In this document: one piece after another, positions 1 through 13,697 of the stretch | Numbering within the stretch: the first letter of the stretch is position 1 | How the letters are laid out: the number at the start of each line of letters is the position of its first letter | Source of the DNA: Octopus sinensis | Lineage: Eukaryota | NCBI RefSeq assembly: GCF_006345805.1 | Contig: NC_043008.1 | Location: forward strand, 42,222,001-42,286,000 | Direction of reading: 5' to 3' | DNA: 64,000 nt | Made by a program: the position numbers and the translations under genes | Notes under the pieces: generated by a model | Seen by the model: the letters and a program-made list of their open reading frames with translations, nothing else | What the model was told of the DNA's origin: nothing | Database searches by the model: none

Positions 1-173
1 AACCACAAGGTTTATTGTTAGAAGCGAAAGGAAAAATTGCATAAAAAAGTTACGAAAACGTATTTGTGGGGAGAATTTTTATATTATCTTTAATGTATAA
101 CAATACAGCAAAAAGAAATACCCATAAAGCCGAAATAAAAACAAACATTATATATTAAAAAAGCATATTATAG

Positions 174-237
<64 letters not shown>

Positions 238-1063
238 CATATATATACATACATATATACGTATATATTGACTTGTATATGTGTTATATAATCTTTTCAA
301 CATACAACCAAACAACCGAATGTTTATTTATTATTTTTGTGTGCGGTATTTTCATTTCTTTTTTATATTTTTGTACTTGTTCTTTAAAGTTATCAAAACT
401 GATATGAAAATTTACGTGCAGGTGTAATTGTATAATAATTGGTTTAGATAATAAATAAAAAAAAATAATAGTAATAATAATGATAATAATAAATATTTAA
501 CATCCGTATTGAAATTTAAGAGTAAAAAGAATTTCAAGCCTTTTAAATGTTATATATACATATGTGTATAGATGCAATATATACCTACATATATTATAGA
601 CACACAGACAGACCGAATGACAGACAGGCCGATAGACAAATACATAAATGCATATCAAATCCTTTAATGCTTTTACAAAAAATGTATGAATTTGATTGCT
701 ATTTTTCATTCATAAACAGTGGATTAGCAAATATGGATTCATAGAACCGTTTGAGTATCAGGAGATGAGCTTTTTACGCTCCGAGTTCAAACCCCGCTGA
801 GGTTAACATTGCTTTTCATCCCTTTGCGGTCAATGAATATGTGACCAGTCATGTACTGGGGTCGGAAGTAACAAGTCTCACATTTCACGCAAACTTTTAG
901 CGCCAGAGTTAGAAACAAGTATTTTTTAATCATTCATTGTATCTGTGTATATATTCACATATACTCACACACAAACACAAACACGCGCACACACACAAAC
1001 ACACACACACATATATATGTATATATATATATATGTATATATGTGTGTATATATATATATATA

Positions 1064-1418
1064 CTAGGGTGAGTTTAACTGTAATACCATTTTATTTAGA
1101 GAACATCATCATCACTAGACTATCATCTCTTCGGCCCCATGAAAGAGGCTTTGAGAGGCAAACATTATTTCAGTGATGAGTAACTGCAAACTGTAGTGAA
1201 GAAGTGGCTCGAAGAACAGTCAACCGAATTTTACGGGGCAGGGATACATGCTCTCATTCGAAAGTGGAACATTGCTATTGATAGAAACGGTGACTATGTT
1301 GAGAAGTAGGGATGTGATCCACATAGGACCAGCTTCATTTTGATGTGTGATACATGTTCCTGTGCTGTTAATTCTACCTGTCCTAAACAAAATGGCATTA
1401 CGTTTTGACTCACCCTTG
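1064..1418 (+). mobile_element. Non-autonomous mariner deletion derivative (MITE-like) with both TIRs and only the transposase C-terminus
   Basis: Left end ctagggtgagtttaactgtaataccattttatttag matches the reverse complement of the right end ctaaacaaaatggcattacgttttgactcacccttg. TA flanks both sides within (TA)n. The interior reads DYHLFGPMKEALRGKHYFSDE*LQTVVKKWLEEQSTEFYGAGIHALIRKWNIAIDRNGDYVEK*, a mariner C-terminus after the YSPDLAPSD motif. Confidence 0.9.
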
Positions 1419-3272
1419 TATATATATATATATATGGTAAAGGTAGTATCTTAATTCAATTTTTAAAAACATAATAAAGAAAGGTCAACTCGATCGATCG
1501 CGTGCAAACAACATTCTTACAATAACTTCATCGGACATTCTGATTTCAAATCCAGCTGAATTCCAATTTCGTTTTCCGTTTTCCCTGAGAGGACAAAATA
1601 CTTATGATACTCTTCACACAAATATGTGTGAATGTTGTGGTTGTGTAAAATTAATGTTAAAGAAAGCGATATATTGGAAAGCTTAAAAACCGTTGTTGTT
1701 GCTATTTTACTATTGTTGTTGTCGTTGCTGTCGTCGTCGTCTTCATCGTAGTCGTTGTTATTGTAGTTATTTCTGCTCTTATTGTTGTCGCTTTGTTTTC
1801 ATCCATTCATACTTCTGCTTGCTCGACGCAATTCAATTTTAATTTTGCCAAGAATAACAGAAGGAAAATTTCTCTTTATCGTTTTTTTTTAAATATTTTT
1901 TCTCATTCCTTTTTCCTGCAACACTCGGGCCATATCCATATACAAAGTCTAACCTATAACTAGCTTTTAACATTTTTATCAATTTTAATTTAACTTACAT
2001 TTTTAAGATGGCTTTTTGCCTGGAAACCCAAAGCCGACTACACAAAAAAAGTAACATAAATAAGATTAAGATTAGTAAGAAGATTAAGATAAGAACCCTA
2101 CTCACATAGCTGTATATAATAATTGAAGGGGAACACAAATTGCTTTTCGATAGACAATAATCACATTACTTTGAACAATTCCGACGTAAAATTTACAAGT
2201 ACAACGCGCACAGAAGCACGCACACATTTGCTAGATGGAGAAAACTGCGAAAAATAAATGACTCTTTTGTCCATTAACGCCACAAGTTCAAACAAGTACT
2301 GAATTTATATTCCTTGCTGAGAATAAAAACATTTCTCAGGATTATGTACCTAAGAAAGGCTAACTTTGTAAAAGCCCTTTTATCCAAGGGTGTCAGAGAA
2401 AGAAAAGCCAATTATCTCTGTGTCATTAAGAGCGGAGCAAATTTCTTTATGCCTTCATGAGAATAAGTATAGTAGACTGGCTGGTGTGTGTGTGATGAAA
2501 TTTTCTTTGTCGATCAAGATGTCTTTTACGATGTTGTTCTGAGTTCCTAAAGCCGACAATTTGGAGTGTCTTAACATATCTATTGCAAGGAATATTATCC
2601 TCAAAAGGTTGCGATTGCGAAAAGCAGACGATCGATGAACAGAGGTGAGAAACGGGGGGAAAACAATCAAATCGCTGAGAGGAAGCACACGCTCCGTTGA
2701 GGACAGGGCCAGTATGAGATTTAGGGTGATGCGGAAAGAACACTTCCATGATGGCAGAGCTTGACGTTCTGGAGGTTGATTGTGAGAATGATAAGGGGAT
2801 GGAGGAGCAGGATAGGAAGCAGAAGAAGATGGGGCGGACGACGTTGATGAGGAAATAGAGTAAAATATTAACAGCCATTCGGATGACGATATAAGATGGA
2901 AAACCATGGTAATGTGTTATTATAGCATGAGTCAAGCATTGCTGCAGAAAGAAACACGCTTTATATGTTGCCCTCTCCAACGCAATTAATACTTACAGGA
3001 GCTTTTAAATGCACAAAATACCAATACAATAAGTGGCAGACGAGAAGGGTCCTGTGATGCTCTGGCCCTATTTAGATGCAGGTTTATCATTTTGTGCGTC
3101 AATGACTTCACATATATTCATTTATTCTTGTGTTATTGTTAAAAGCAATTTTAGTACAGCCATACATTTTGGCGCTTTTAATCATCCTCACCTTTTCTTT
3201 GACACCTGTATAAGCGTTTTATTGTATGGCTGAATCGGAATGCCAGGCAAATAAAAGTATGAATTATTATTA

Positions 3273-3321
<49 letters not shown>

Positions 3322-3678
3322 TATTCTATGTTTTGGCTTTTGCTTTGAGTTTATACAAGTTTACTTCAAGTCTCATCCAGAGACCTCAAGAGACAAGGTC
3401 AAGTCGGTATTATAAATAAAATAGTTGATAACGGCCATGCCTTTTGGATTTACACAAACTATTGTTCCAGAGGAAGTCTGTCAAATCGTTTAAAAAATTA
3501 AACATTTCTTTCAAAAGTAGATGATAGTGTCACCTTAAGATGGCAGTAAAAAGTGTTTACCATTTTATGTATATTTAAAATTACGTTTGATTACAGATTA
3601 AAATGTTTTTCGAATTACAAAGAATTTTTCGTAGGATATGAGCAGTTCCCATGAGCACTATCATTTTTTTATTTCTGC

Positions 3679-3731
<53 letters not shown>

Positions 3732-4058
3732 CATCATTTTTGCTGTATCATTAAGGCATCGGAGGAAATGCTTAGCGGCATTTCTTCCGGCTCTTTACGG
3801 TCTCAGATCAAATTTCACCGACATCGATTCTACCTTTCATCCTTTCCGAGGCGATAAAATAAAGTAACTGCCAAGTACTATAACTCTTGTAAGCACATTA
3901 TGTCCAAAATTTCAAGAGGGCGTTTCATGGCACACTAGATGCTTCTTGATGTGTGCCTAGCATCGTCTTCAGAAGATGTGTTACCGTATTTTTATGTTCC
4001 TATCAATTGCTTTCTTTTGATTACTATTATTATTATTATTATTATTATTTTATTATTA

Positions 4059-4103
<45 letters not shown>

Positions 4104-4719
4104 CTTTACTTTTGAAGTTGCTCTTATTGTTAATGTTATGCCAAAATTCCACCTATGAAAATGAACACTTGGTATTTTTTTGTAGATAAATACTGTTATA
4201 CCATACACAACATTTTAAACAAGCAACCATTTTTTTTCTTTGGTTTTGTTTTCGCTGTATATTCTAAGATGTATCTCAAAACTCCTGAAGGTACAGGAAC
4301 AAAATGTTATAAAATTCAAAAAAGGAACGGTAAAGAAAAATACCAATTGAGGATTCGGTTTGCATAGACACGAAAAAGGAAAGACCGTTATTTATTTCAA
4401 TTTACTCTCGTTTTCTGACAGGTTTATTTTGATATGTCTCTTAAATGTTGTGTTTAAATTGACAACAAACTGTAATTATTACAAAACTGGTGTATTGCAG
4501 CTGCTTAAATACTGGGTAAAAAAAAACGATGTGTAATGAACACTTAAAATAAGATATATAAAAAAAGATATATAAATGAAACGAAGACATTTTAATGGAA
4601 AAAAACGAGAACAGATTTGAGACGGAAACACGAAAGAATCAACGGAAGATTTTTTTTTTTAAAAGAAAAATTAAAACGTTTAAACTATGATCAGTCCAAT
4701 GTTTCATGCTACACACACA

Positions 4720-5003
4720 CACATAAATATATATATATATCTATAATATATATATATATATTATATATATACATACGTATAATATAGATTTATCTATATA
4801 TAATTCAAAGAAAACTAATGAAACAGCCGTTTTGCCGACACACACTCGCATATACATACATATATATACATGTATATATATATATATATCAATATCATAT
4901 ATATCAATATATCATATATACATATATATGTATACATATGTTTGTATACATATGTATATATAATATATATGTATGTATAAAATCTATATGCAAAATATAT
5001 ACG

Positions 5004-5041
<38 letters not shown>

Positions 5042-5090
5042 ATAATATACGTATATATATATATATAATATATATATACGTATATATATA

Positions 5091-5133
<43 letters not shown>

Positions 5134-5182
5134 AATATTTATATGTACATATATAGATATATATATTATGTATATATTCATA

Positions 5183-5214
<32 letters not shown>

Positions 5215-5591
5215 GATATATATATAGTATATATGTTTTTCTGTATTTGTATATACTTTTCAATATATATTTCGTCTTTTCAGTTCGTTCTTAATTTTTG
5301 AAACTAAAGCTTTGCTGGACTTACAGTGCATATGAGTGTGTATGCGTGCATATATGTCCATATATATTGCTGAACATATAAAACATATACATGTGTATGA
5401 GTGTGTGTGTGAAAATATGTGTTTATGAATGTGTTCTTGTGAATGTGTGTATATATCTGTGTATATATTCACAGATCGGTGCCCCAAGCGTCGCCTCGTC
5501 GCGATCATCAGCCCTGATGAAAGTGGCAAGTGAAGCTCGAGTTAAAATTATACTTATTTTTCGATTAAACATGCATACATATATCAGCATG

Positions 5592-5622
<31 letters not shown>

Positions 5623-6470
5623 TATATATATATATATATATATACATATATGTATATATATATATATATATGTATATATAGAATGCATATATATATGAAG
5701 TAACATGTATTTATAATTATATATATATATAATATATATATAAATAATTATACTTATATGTATTGATTTATATATATATATATAATTCTAATGCATTTGT
5801 ATATGTATATATTTATATATATGCATGTATGTAAGTATGTATGTATATACGCTACAGCACACACTCACAAACATATACATCCGCAATTGGTCTACATCTA
5901 TTTCCTTACCTCGCAATATTTAATTATTTCATAATGATTTAAAGCAATGAGCTTAAAGGTATTGCATAAATGTGTATTTATATACTCGCGTATAGATATA
6001 CATAAATAAATACATATATACGCATATATATACATATACTTATATATCAATATATTTATGTATGTGAGTGTAGTTGTGTGTGTGTGCGTGTGTGTGTGTT
6101 TGTGTGCGTGTATGTGTTACTGTGTGTGTATGTCTGTGTGTTTGTACAAGTATATACATGACGCATTCTTCATGAATTTTCCTTTTTATTATTTTCCCGG
6201 ATGTGATAATTCCAATATGTTTATGATATTATAATTATATATATTATATATGATACATATATATATACATATATATTATATATATATATATATGTAGGTA
6301 TATATATTATATATATATTATATATATATTATATATATATATGTATTATTTATATATGTATATATTATATATATATATCTATATATCTATATATACATAT
6401 ATATATATAGTATGTACATATATTATATATATATGTGCATATGAATATGCATACACACATATACACATAT
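4720..6470. repeat. Large (TA)n/(TG)n low-complexity block, representative of many in the window
   Basis: Direct reading. Similar blocks occur at about 12.2-13.3, 24.7-25.3, 29.8-31.3, 49.8-51.1, 58.4-60.8 and 63.1-63.7 kb. Confidence 0.95.
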
Positions 6471-7017
6471 GAATGTAACAACTTACTATATGTTCTGCTT
6501 TGGTTTTTGTTTTATGTAAGAGGAATTATAATAAAATACATGCCTAATATGAAAATCGAAAATATTAACACAATCTCACTTCTATAGGCATGGTTGAAAA
6601 GAAAACCCGTCGTCTTTGTTCATTTCTTTCTTTAATCCTCTCTTCGTTTTTGCTCTTGCTATGTTACTGTATGTAAGCATTTTTCTGAACTCTCGTTCCA
6701 CATCTTGTTGATTAGCTTATAGCCGCGCCATTGATTTTAGCAGTATTTACATTCAGAAACAAATTAACGTAACCGCATACCACAATTTACGGCTTACGAC
6801 AGTCTCTCCATTCTGCCGTTTGCTTAGTTACTGTACAGATACTGGTTGAGACTTCAATCCTACAGGTTTTAGTTGATATTAAAAAAATGTCTTTCGAAAC
6901 AAACTTTACATATCCTGTGCATTCATTTCTTCCTTGAAAAAAGTTATCTTTTCAAAATTATGAAAATAATTGAGTAAAATTATTTATTCTATGTCCTGTT
7001 AATTATTTCCTTTAGTT

Positions 7018-7215
7018 GAAGGCGGTAAGCTGGCAGAATCGTTAGCAGGTCGGGCGAAATGCTTAGCGGTATTTCAAATGCCGCCGGTGTTAACTTTGCC
7101 TTTCATCTTTTCGGGGTGGATTAAACAAGTACCGGTTACGCACTGTAGTCTATGTAATCGACTTACTCACTTCCCTCAAATTTGAGGCCTCGTGCATCCA
7201 ATAAAAATGATTATT
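7018..7215 (+). mobile_element. SINE family A (ggcgg..agctggcagaatcgttagc head), internally deleted
   Basis: The head and body aactttgcctttcatc..tcggggt...aagtacc are shared with copies at about 745-870, 3765-3880, 9440-9625(-), 14630-14800, 17620-17820, 28900-29040, 46196-46320(-) and 62110-62260(-). Confidence 0.85.
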
Positions 7216-7928
7216 TGCTTTAGTTAACGAAACTTTTAGATTAATACATGCACTTGAATCAGTATGGATTAGAATATCGGGACCTATAACATACAAACAC
7301 AGAACAGCATTAACTCTTTTAGTTCATCTCAGAAAAAGTTTTCAAACCCACTGTACTTCACTCAGAACACCAGTCAAGTACGAGACACAGAATTTCTACC
7401 TGAAGTTGTTACGTCAGTGACAACTACTCCAAATATTCTGAACTAGATCTTAAATGATTATTTCGATAAAGAAATAGGTAGTCAAAACCTTTTGTGATTT
7501 GTGCGGGAGCTAGCTAGGTTATAATGAAATTAATTTGTATTTGAAACAGTCTCAGATTAAAATATTTCTAGATATAACATCAATAGTATATACAATAATG
7601 TAGAAGAGCTCTAGCAGTAGTATTAGTAGAATCTCTCAATGAGACATTCGCTAAATCACAGGCCTTCGTCCAAAGCGTTCTAATCGCGTTCTCTCAAAGA
7701 AATTTCACCCAAGTCTATGAACTAATAAAGCAATTTATGTCCAGTGGGTTGCAAAAAGAACCTTTATAGGTTCGATTCATTTCATAGAAAATAACAGGAT
7801 AAAAACTCACAAATTAAACACGACTGATTTTAAAGACGGAACTGCTTCACATTAGATAATAAGGATGAAATCTGATGATGGATGTCTCTGATCACATGAC
7901 TTGGAGTTAAACAAAAGCGATTCACAAT

Positions 7929-7976
<48 letters not shown>

Positions 7977-8029
7977 TCATCCTCATCGAAAGGGGTCAGA
8001 TATATATATATATATATATATATAACACC

Positions 8030-8063
<34 letters not shown>

Positions 8064-9739
8064 AACACACATATATATCACCCAAAGACATGAACACATG
8101 AACTAAGATCCACCTGATGTCCATGAATATTGTGGATTGTACAGTTATCAGTTATCATTCCAGAAATACGGACTACTTTCGTGAGAGACACGATATTTGT
8201 GGAAATGCGCGTAGTGATGTATTAAAATATTTATAAATTCCATCCATTGCTTATTATCATGATCACTATAAAAACTCACTCCCTCCATCAGATCGACATT
8301 ACCTGTACAGGTGCAACTGGGTGTCACATGTCAGATGTCGAAATCATCGCGAGTCTATGAGAGACACTTTCCCAAGTTGTCTCGCCGTGGGATTGAACCT
8401 GGAACCATGTGGCTGGGAACCAAGCTTCCTCCCACACTGCCACCTCTACACATAATTTTATTATCTCTGAACAGTAAATTCTTCGTCGGTTTTGGTGGAA
8501 GCTGAACATAACAACGTTAATCATTAATTTATAAGTTATAAAGAATTGATAACAGACAGAGCCATAGTCTATGCACCGCGTGACACTTTCCGAAGAATAT
8601 AATACAATATTAAGAGACAACAACATGGACAATTAAATTACTATCCAAATTTCACTCAAACTTTTAACTATAATTCGAAAGATATTCAAAAGTTCGTCGT
8701 ATTCCATAAATGGAAATCTTAAAATTCAATTCTATAACACAATTTACTGTTTTCTGACTGTGAATGCAGCTTATAACACAAATGAAAATAAATATTCTTG
8801 TGAATGTATACCAGTAATTGTGCTCACAAAAAGGACGAAGCAACCCCCAAAAATTATTTACGACGAATGAATGAAACGCTGAGGGTCATCAATCTTTCCG
8901 CAATCTGTCTATTGCGTTTTTAAGTTTCAAGGGGATTGATAAATAGATGCGTTCCTTCTTTAATATGGAGAAAATTGTGGAGTTGCTGTTGTGAGTGGGG
9001 ACGGTCTAATGTGGATTTAGGAAAGGACATGTTTTCATTTGCTAAGCTCTAACAATGATTCGGAAGAAGAAAAAGAAGAAGAAGAAGAACAACAACAACA
9101 AGGAAGAGGAGGAGGGGGGACGAGGAGGACGAGAAGAAGGAGGAGGAGGAGGGGAAGAGGAGGACAGGAACAGGTTGAGACATTTGCGAAGGAGGATAGT
9201 CGATAACATTGACCCCCAGGTCAGATTGTCAGTCAAAGTTCACCTTTTTAATAGTAATAACAGGAAAAGAAGGAAATTAAAAAAAAAAAAAAGAGGAAGG
9301 GGAAGAGATTCAACGAGTGTCAGTATCTTTATTTTGCCATTTCTCGAACATGGTGTTTCTGTCATGAGGAAGCTTCCACATTCTCTGCCCGCTTCGTATC
9401 CGACTTCATCCTATTCTCACTAGACAACCTTTTCACACTCTAGACACAAGGCCCGAAATTTGGCGGGACAGAGCCAGTCGATTAGATCGACCGAATACGC
9501 AACTTAACTTATAGACTCCGAAAGAATGAAAGGCAAAGCTGATCTCGTCGGAATTTGAACTCAGAACATAAAGACAGGCGAAATACCACTAAGTATTCTG
9601 CCCGGCGTGCCAGCTCGTCCCCCTTTTCACATTAGATAACTCCCACCAAAATATCTATGAAGAGCTTTATATTCACTATACACGCTTGATAAATGCCCCA
9701 AATATGAGGACCAGAAAATATTTAACTCTCCTATTATAA

Positions 9740-10006
9740 TTCACATTATTTACATTATTTACATTGTTTATATTTGACGATATTTGTCCTCATCTTGTTT
9801 GTTGTTAACACAACGTTTCGGCTGATAGACCCTCCAGCCTTCTTCATGTGTTTTTGAGAAATTTCGAACTTGGGTTCTCATTCTTAAGGTATTTTTTCGA
9901 TGCTATTACTATTATTACTATTATTATTCAGGTCACTGCGTGGAATCAAACTCGGAATCTTGGAGTTAGTAGACCGCGCTCTTAACCACTACGCCATATG
10001 CCCTGA

Positions 10007-10010
<4 letters not shown>
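9740..10010 (-). mobile_element. Short element: tRNA-like Pol III head, (TAA) linker, hammerhead-containing PLE-like tail
   Basis: Minus strand has A box TGGCGTAGTGG and B box GAGTTTGATTCC, with 5' caggtca / 3' tgacctg pairing. It continues with aataataatagtaat, the HHR at 9807-9852 and a (TGTAAATAA)-repeat tail. Confidence 0.75.
9807..9852 (-). ncRNA. Near-intact minimal type-I hammerhead ribozyme (single C3>A change)
   Basis: Minus strand: AACAC-AUGAAGA-A-GGCUG gagggucuau CAGCC-GAAAC-GUU-GUGUU. Stems I and II are each 5 perfect base pairs, stem III is the palindromic AACGUU, and the cleavage triplet is GUU. Confidence 0.72.
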
Positions 10011-10076
<66 letters not shown>

Positions 10077-10077
<1 letters not shown>

Positions 10078-11368
10078 CTAAAAACAAGATAATAGGTATT
10101 AACACTTTAGCTGTCCCAGTTATAAGTTACAGCTACAATATCCTTAACTGGACACTAAATGAACTGACCAAAATAGATAGGAAAACAAGAAAAATAATGA
10201 CAGGATCTAGGATGCATCACCCAAAATCTGACATAGAAAGACTATATATACAACCTATAGAGGGTGGTAGAGGCCTTATACAGCTGGAAAACTACTATAA
10301 AATAACCACCATAGGACTGCAAAAATATCTACTTCAGAAGTAAGGAAAACAAATAGCGGCAAAACACGAGCAAAACAAAAAACTGTTCTCAGTATTTAGG
10401 GAAGCTGACAAATATGAAGAAGAAGAAGAAGATGAAGAAACAACAAAAGCTATAAAACAAATGAAATCCAAACTAAGACTAGAACAGCAAAGAACCATGA
10501 TAAAAGGATGGCAAGAAAAACCCCTTCATGGTAAATACTGGACTAAACTAAATGCAAAAGAAATAGACAAAGAAAATCCCAGCAATGGTTGAGAAGCTCA
10601 GGACTCAAAGTAGAGACAGGGATTTTTAATTGCAGCACGAGACCAAAGCCTCCCCACCAGAAATTACCAAAAACATGTAATGAAAAGAAATATAACAAAT
10701 AACTGCAAATATGTGGAGATGGACAAGAAACAATAAATCATATTATCTCTGGCTGCCCAGTCCTGGCTAAGAAGGAATATATTCACAGACATGACAGAGT
10801 TGGAACCTACATACACTGGAAGCTATGCCAATATTATGGAATAACAACATAAAAAAGATGATATAGGCACACACCAGAAAAGGTCACAGAAAACGAGAAA
10901 GCAACCATACTCTGGGATATGCCGATACACACAAATAGAGAAATTAAGGCCAACAGACCAGATATAGTTGTCAGAGATCATGAAGAAAAAAATGCTTTCT
11001 AATTGATGTATCAATACCGGCAGATAACAACGTGTCTCTAAAAGAAATGGAGAAACTTTTAAAATACAAAGACCTGGAAATAGAGGTAACCAGAATGTGG
11101 AATCTAAAAACAGAAACAATTCCTATCATAGTAGGAATTAGGCATGATAAAAAAATATTCAGACAAATACATAACAAAACCACCAGGACTTACAAACACA
11201 TATAACATACAGAAAATTGCACTACTAGGCACTGCACACATCCTACGCAGAACAATTTCCATACAATAACCATCAGAGCATCACAACAAATCACAGCACA
11301 TACCTAAGGCACACAGAGCTGCGCTCGGTAGTGAAGTGAAAGCACGCTATAAAAATAAAACTACTGAA
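10077..11368 (+). mobile_element. 5'-truncated R4/Dong-clade non-LTR retrotransposon (RT thumb, CCHC knuckle, restriction-like endonuclease), frameshifted
   Basis: Translates to INTLAVPVISYS...IDRKTRK...HHPKSDIERLY...GGRGL, then WQEKPLHGKY, C..CGDGQETINHIISGCPVLAKKEYIHRHDRVG, RPDIVVRDHEEKKCFLIDVSIP, KYKDLEIEVTRMW and QKIALLGTAHILRR. Stop at 11267-11269, then a short 3' UTR. (TAA)n lies on both sides. Confidence 0.92.
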
Positions 11369-11479
11369 TAATGATAATAATAATAATAATAATATAATAA
11401 TAATAACATTAATAACACCTCCTATAATTGTTTAAACTTTACAAAACCCAAGCGAAGCCCTCAATGGAAGATTGCAGCA

Positions 11480-11850
11480 CTGTCCTAGAAAGGGTTGCTG
11501 CAACATTTACAGAAATATCCTAAACAGCAACCAAAACAGACCACTCCACTGGTTATCGTAAAATCACGCCGAGATAGGCTTAAGTCTCCTGCCTCAAAGT
11601 CTGCGTCATCTTTTCTATCAACACTATAATGGTCTATGTTCCTGCTAGAGGGCTGGACACGAGGCCTCACAGCTCAAGCAAACCCAACCCAGCCGTGTCT
11701 CTCTCCACTCATCTCCGTTCTTATGTACAAACACGATTCCACTAATTCTTACGAAACCCTTATTAAATTCAGATATTCCTCTCCTGAGAATCGACTCTCG
11801 GGAATCGTGTCCCCTGTTCCTATCTTTTCTGCAGTTTAAACGGAAACACT
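11480..11850 (+). mobile_element. Degraded 3' end of an L2/CR1-group LINE
   Basis: Broken frames LERVAATF and FYQHYNGLCSC resemble the C-terminal FYRYYNGLCS motif of L2/Crack/Daphne-like ORF2. Recognition is by motif memory only. Confidence 0.45.
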
Positions 11851-12220
11851 CAATAGTCTTGAAGTGACTACAAATGTCATGGGGTTCAGCCCTTACTCGT
11901 ACATTTATCAAAGAAAAATTATGCGAAGAATATATACACGTATCATTATTCCTTATATACAGGTGTGTGTGTGAGTGTGTATAATAAATTTAGCATATAT
12001 AAGTATACGTAAACGTTTATGTATGTATACACACATATTCACGCGCGCATGTATAGGAACGCGCACGCGCAGAGCTGAATAGCTGTGACGTCAATCATGT
12101 CGGCTGCTAATGCTTTTTATTGCAGTCAATGATAGAATCATTGCAGATTGATTTGGCCGGAAATATATCGGTAAATATAGAACTGTGTATCACACTTCAC
12201 AGTTTAACTGTCATGTATAC

Positions 12221-12305
<85 letters not shown>

Positions 12306-12679
12306 TGAGAGTATGTATGTATGTATGTATGCACGTATGAATGTTTATCCGTATATATTCATGTATGTATGTATGTATTTATTTGGTTATATATTTGTGT
12401 GTACGTGTGTGCGAGAGTGTGTGTGTATGCGAGAGTGTGTGTGAGTGTGTAACAGCTTTAACTGTTCAATTACTCTGTCGTTACGCATCCACTTCCCATT
12501 GCAGCATGCTTTACGTTTCTTGGTGTGTAAAGATGTTTTTTATTCCTTTATTGTAACATACGTATATACGTAGGTGTGCGTGTAGGTTTGTATGTAGATC
12601 GTCAAGTATGGACGTACGTGTTCATGGATGTAGGTATGCATGTATGTACCTATTTCAGAGATTGACAGTGTGAAATTTG

Positions 12680-12731
<52 letters not shown>

Positions 12732-12893
12732 ATCATATATATATATACACAATATGTAGTGTGTGTGTGAGAGTGTTTGTGCGTGTGAGTGGGCGGGGCG
12801 AGATTCTCTACAAATAAGATTATTAATTATAGAAAAAAACCTTAAGAAGCAAATGTCATGAAACTTTCGAGAAAATTCATATACATATAATAA

Positions 12894-12931
<38 letters not shown>

Positions 12932-13069
12932 ATGTATGTATGTATGTATACAACACAAACACACATACATACATACACATACATACATCATACATATACA
13001 CGCGCATATATATATATACATACCTACATACGCATGCATAAATTATATATATATATATATATGTATATA

Positions 13070-13131
<62 letters not shown>

Positions 13132-13203
13132 TTATAATAATATTTTTGTTTATTATATAGAGAACACCTCTGAAGTGATCAGGTACACAGCCTGAGACGT
13201 TAG

Positions 13204-13247
<44 letters not shown>

Positions 13248-13640
13248 CATATATAAAATGAGAATTCAGGTAGGTTCAAGATTTAGTATAATAATACAAC
13301 ATAGGCTGAATATCTGTTGTATTATTATTCTAAATTTTTGAATCAACTTGAATTCTGCCTTTTAATATAGTGTATGGTGTGTTTGTGTGTGCGTGTGTGT
13401 GTGTGTGTCTGTGTGTGTGCGTTCTGAATGTATGCATATTGTAAATGTTTTTAGATATTCGAGACCTCAATACAAGTGAACAGTGATGAGTTCTCAGTTA
13501 AAGATTGCTATACATGGATAAGTATAAATATAATAAAAAGACGGAGAGTGAGAGAGGTGGATAAAGCGACATAAAACGTTTTATCGAAAGAAAAACAAAT
13601 GACGTAAGCAAATTACGTCCTAAAAGTGTTTTAGTAGACG

Positions 13641-13697
<57 letters not shown>

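Noticed and set aside
5464-5530. GC-rich island in a TA block as a 41-nt minus-strand exon or hammerhead
   Set aside because: The splice signals are only moderate, there is no GAAA after the CUGAUGA hairpin, and it is too short to support a call.
12086-12093. CRE-like TGACGTCA (also at 44705) and a YY1-like AAGATGGCG near 44572
   Set aside because: Isolated 8-9-mers are expected about once per window by chance, and there is no supporting promoter context.
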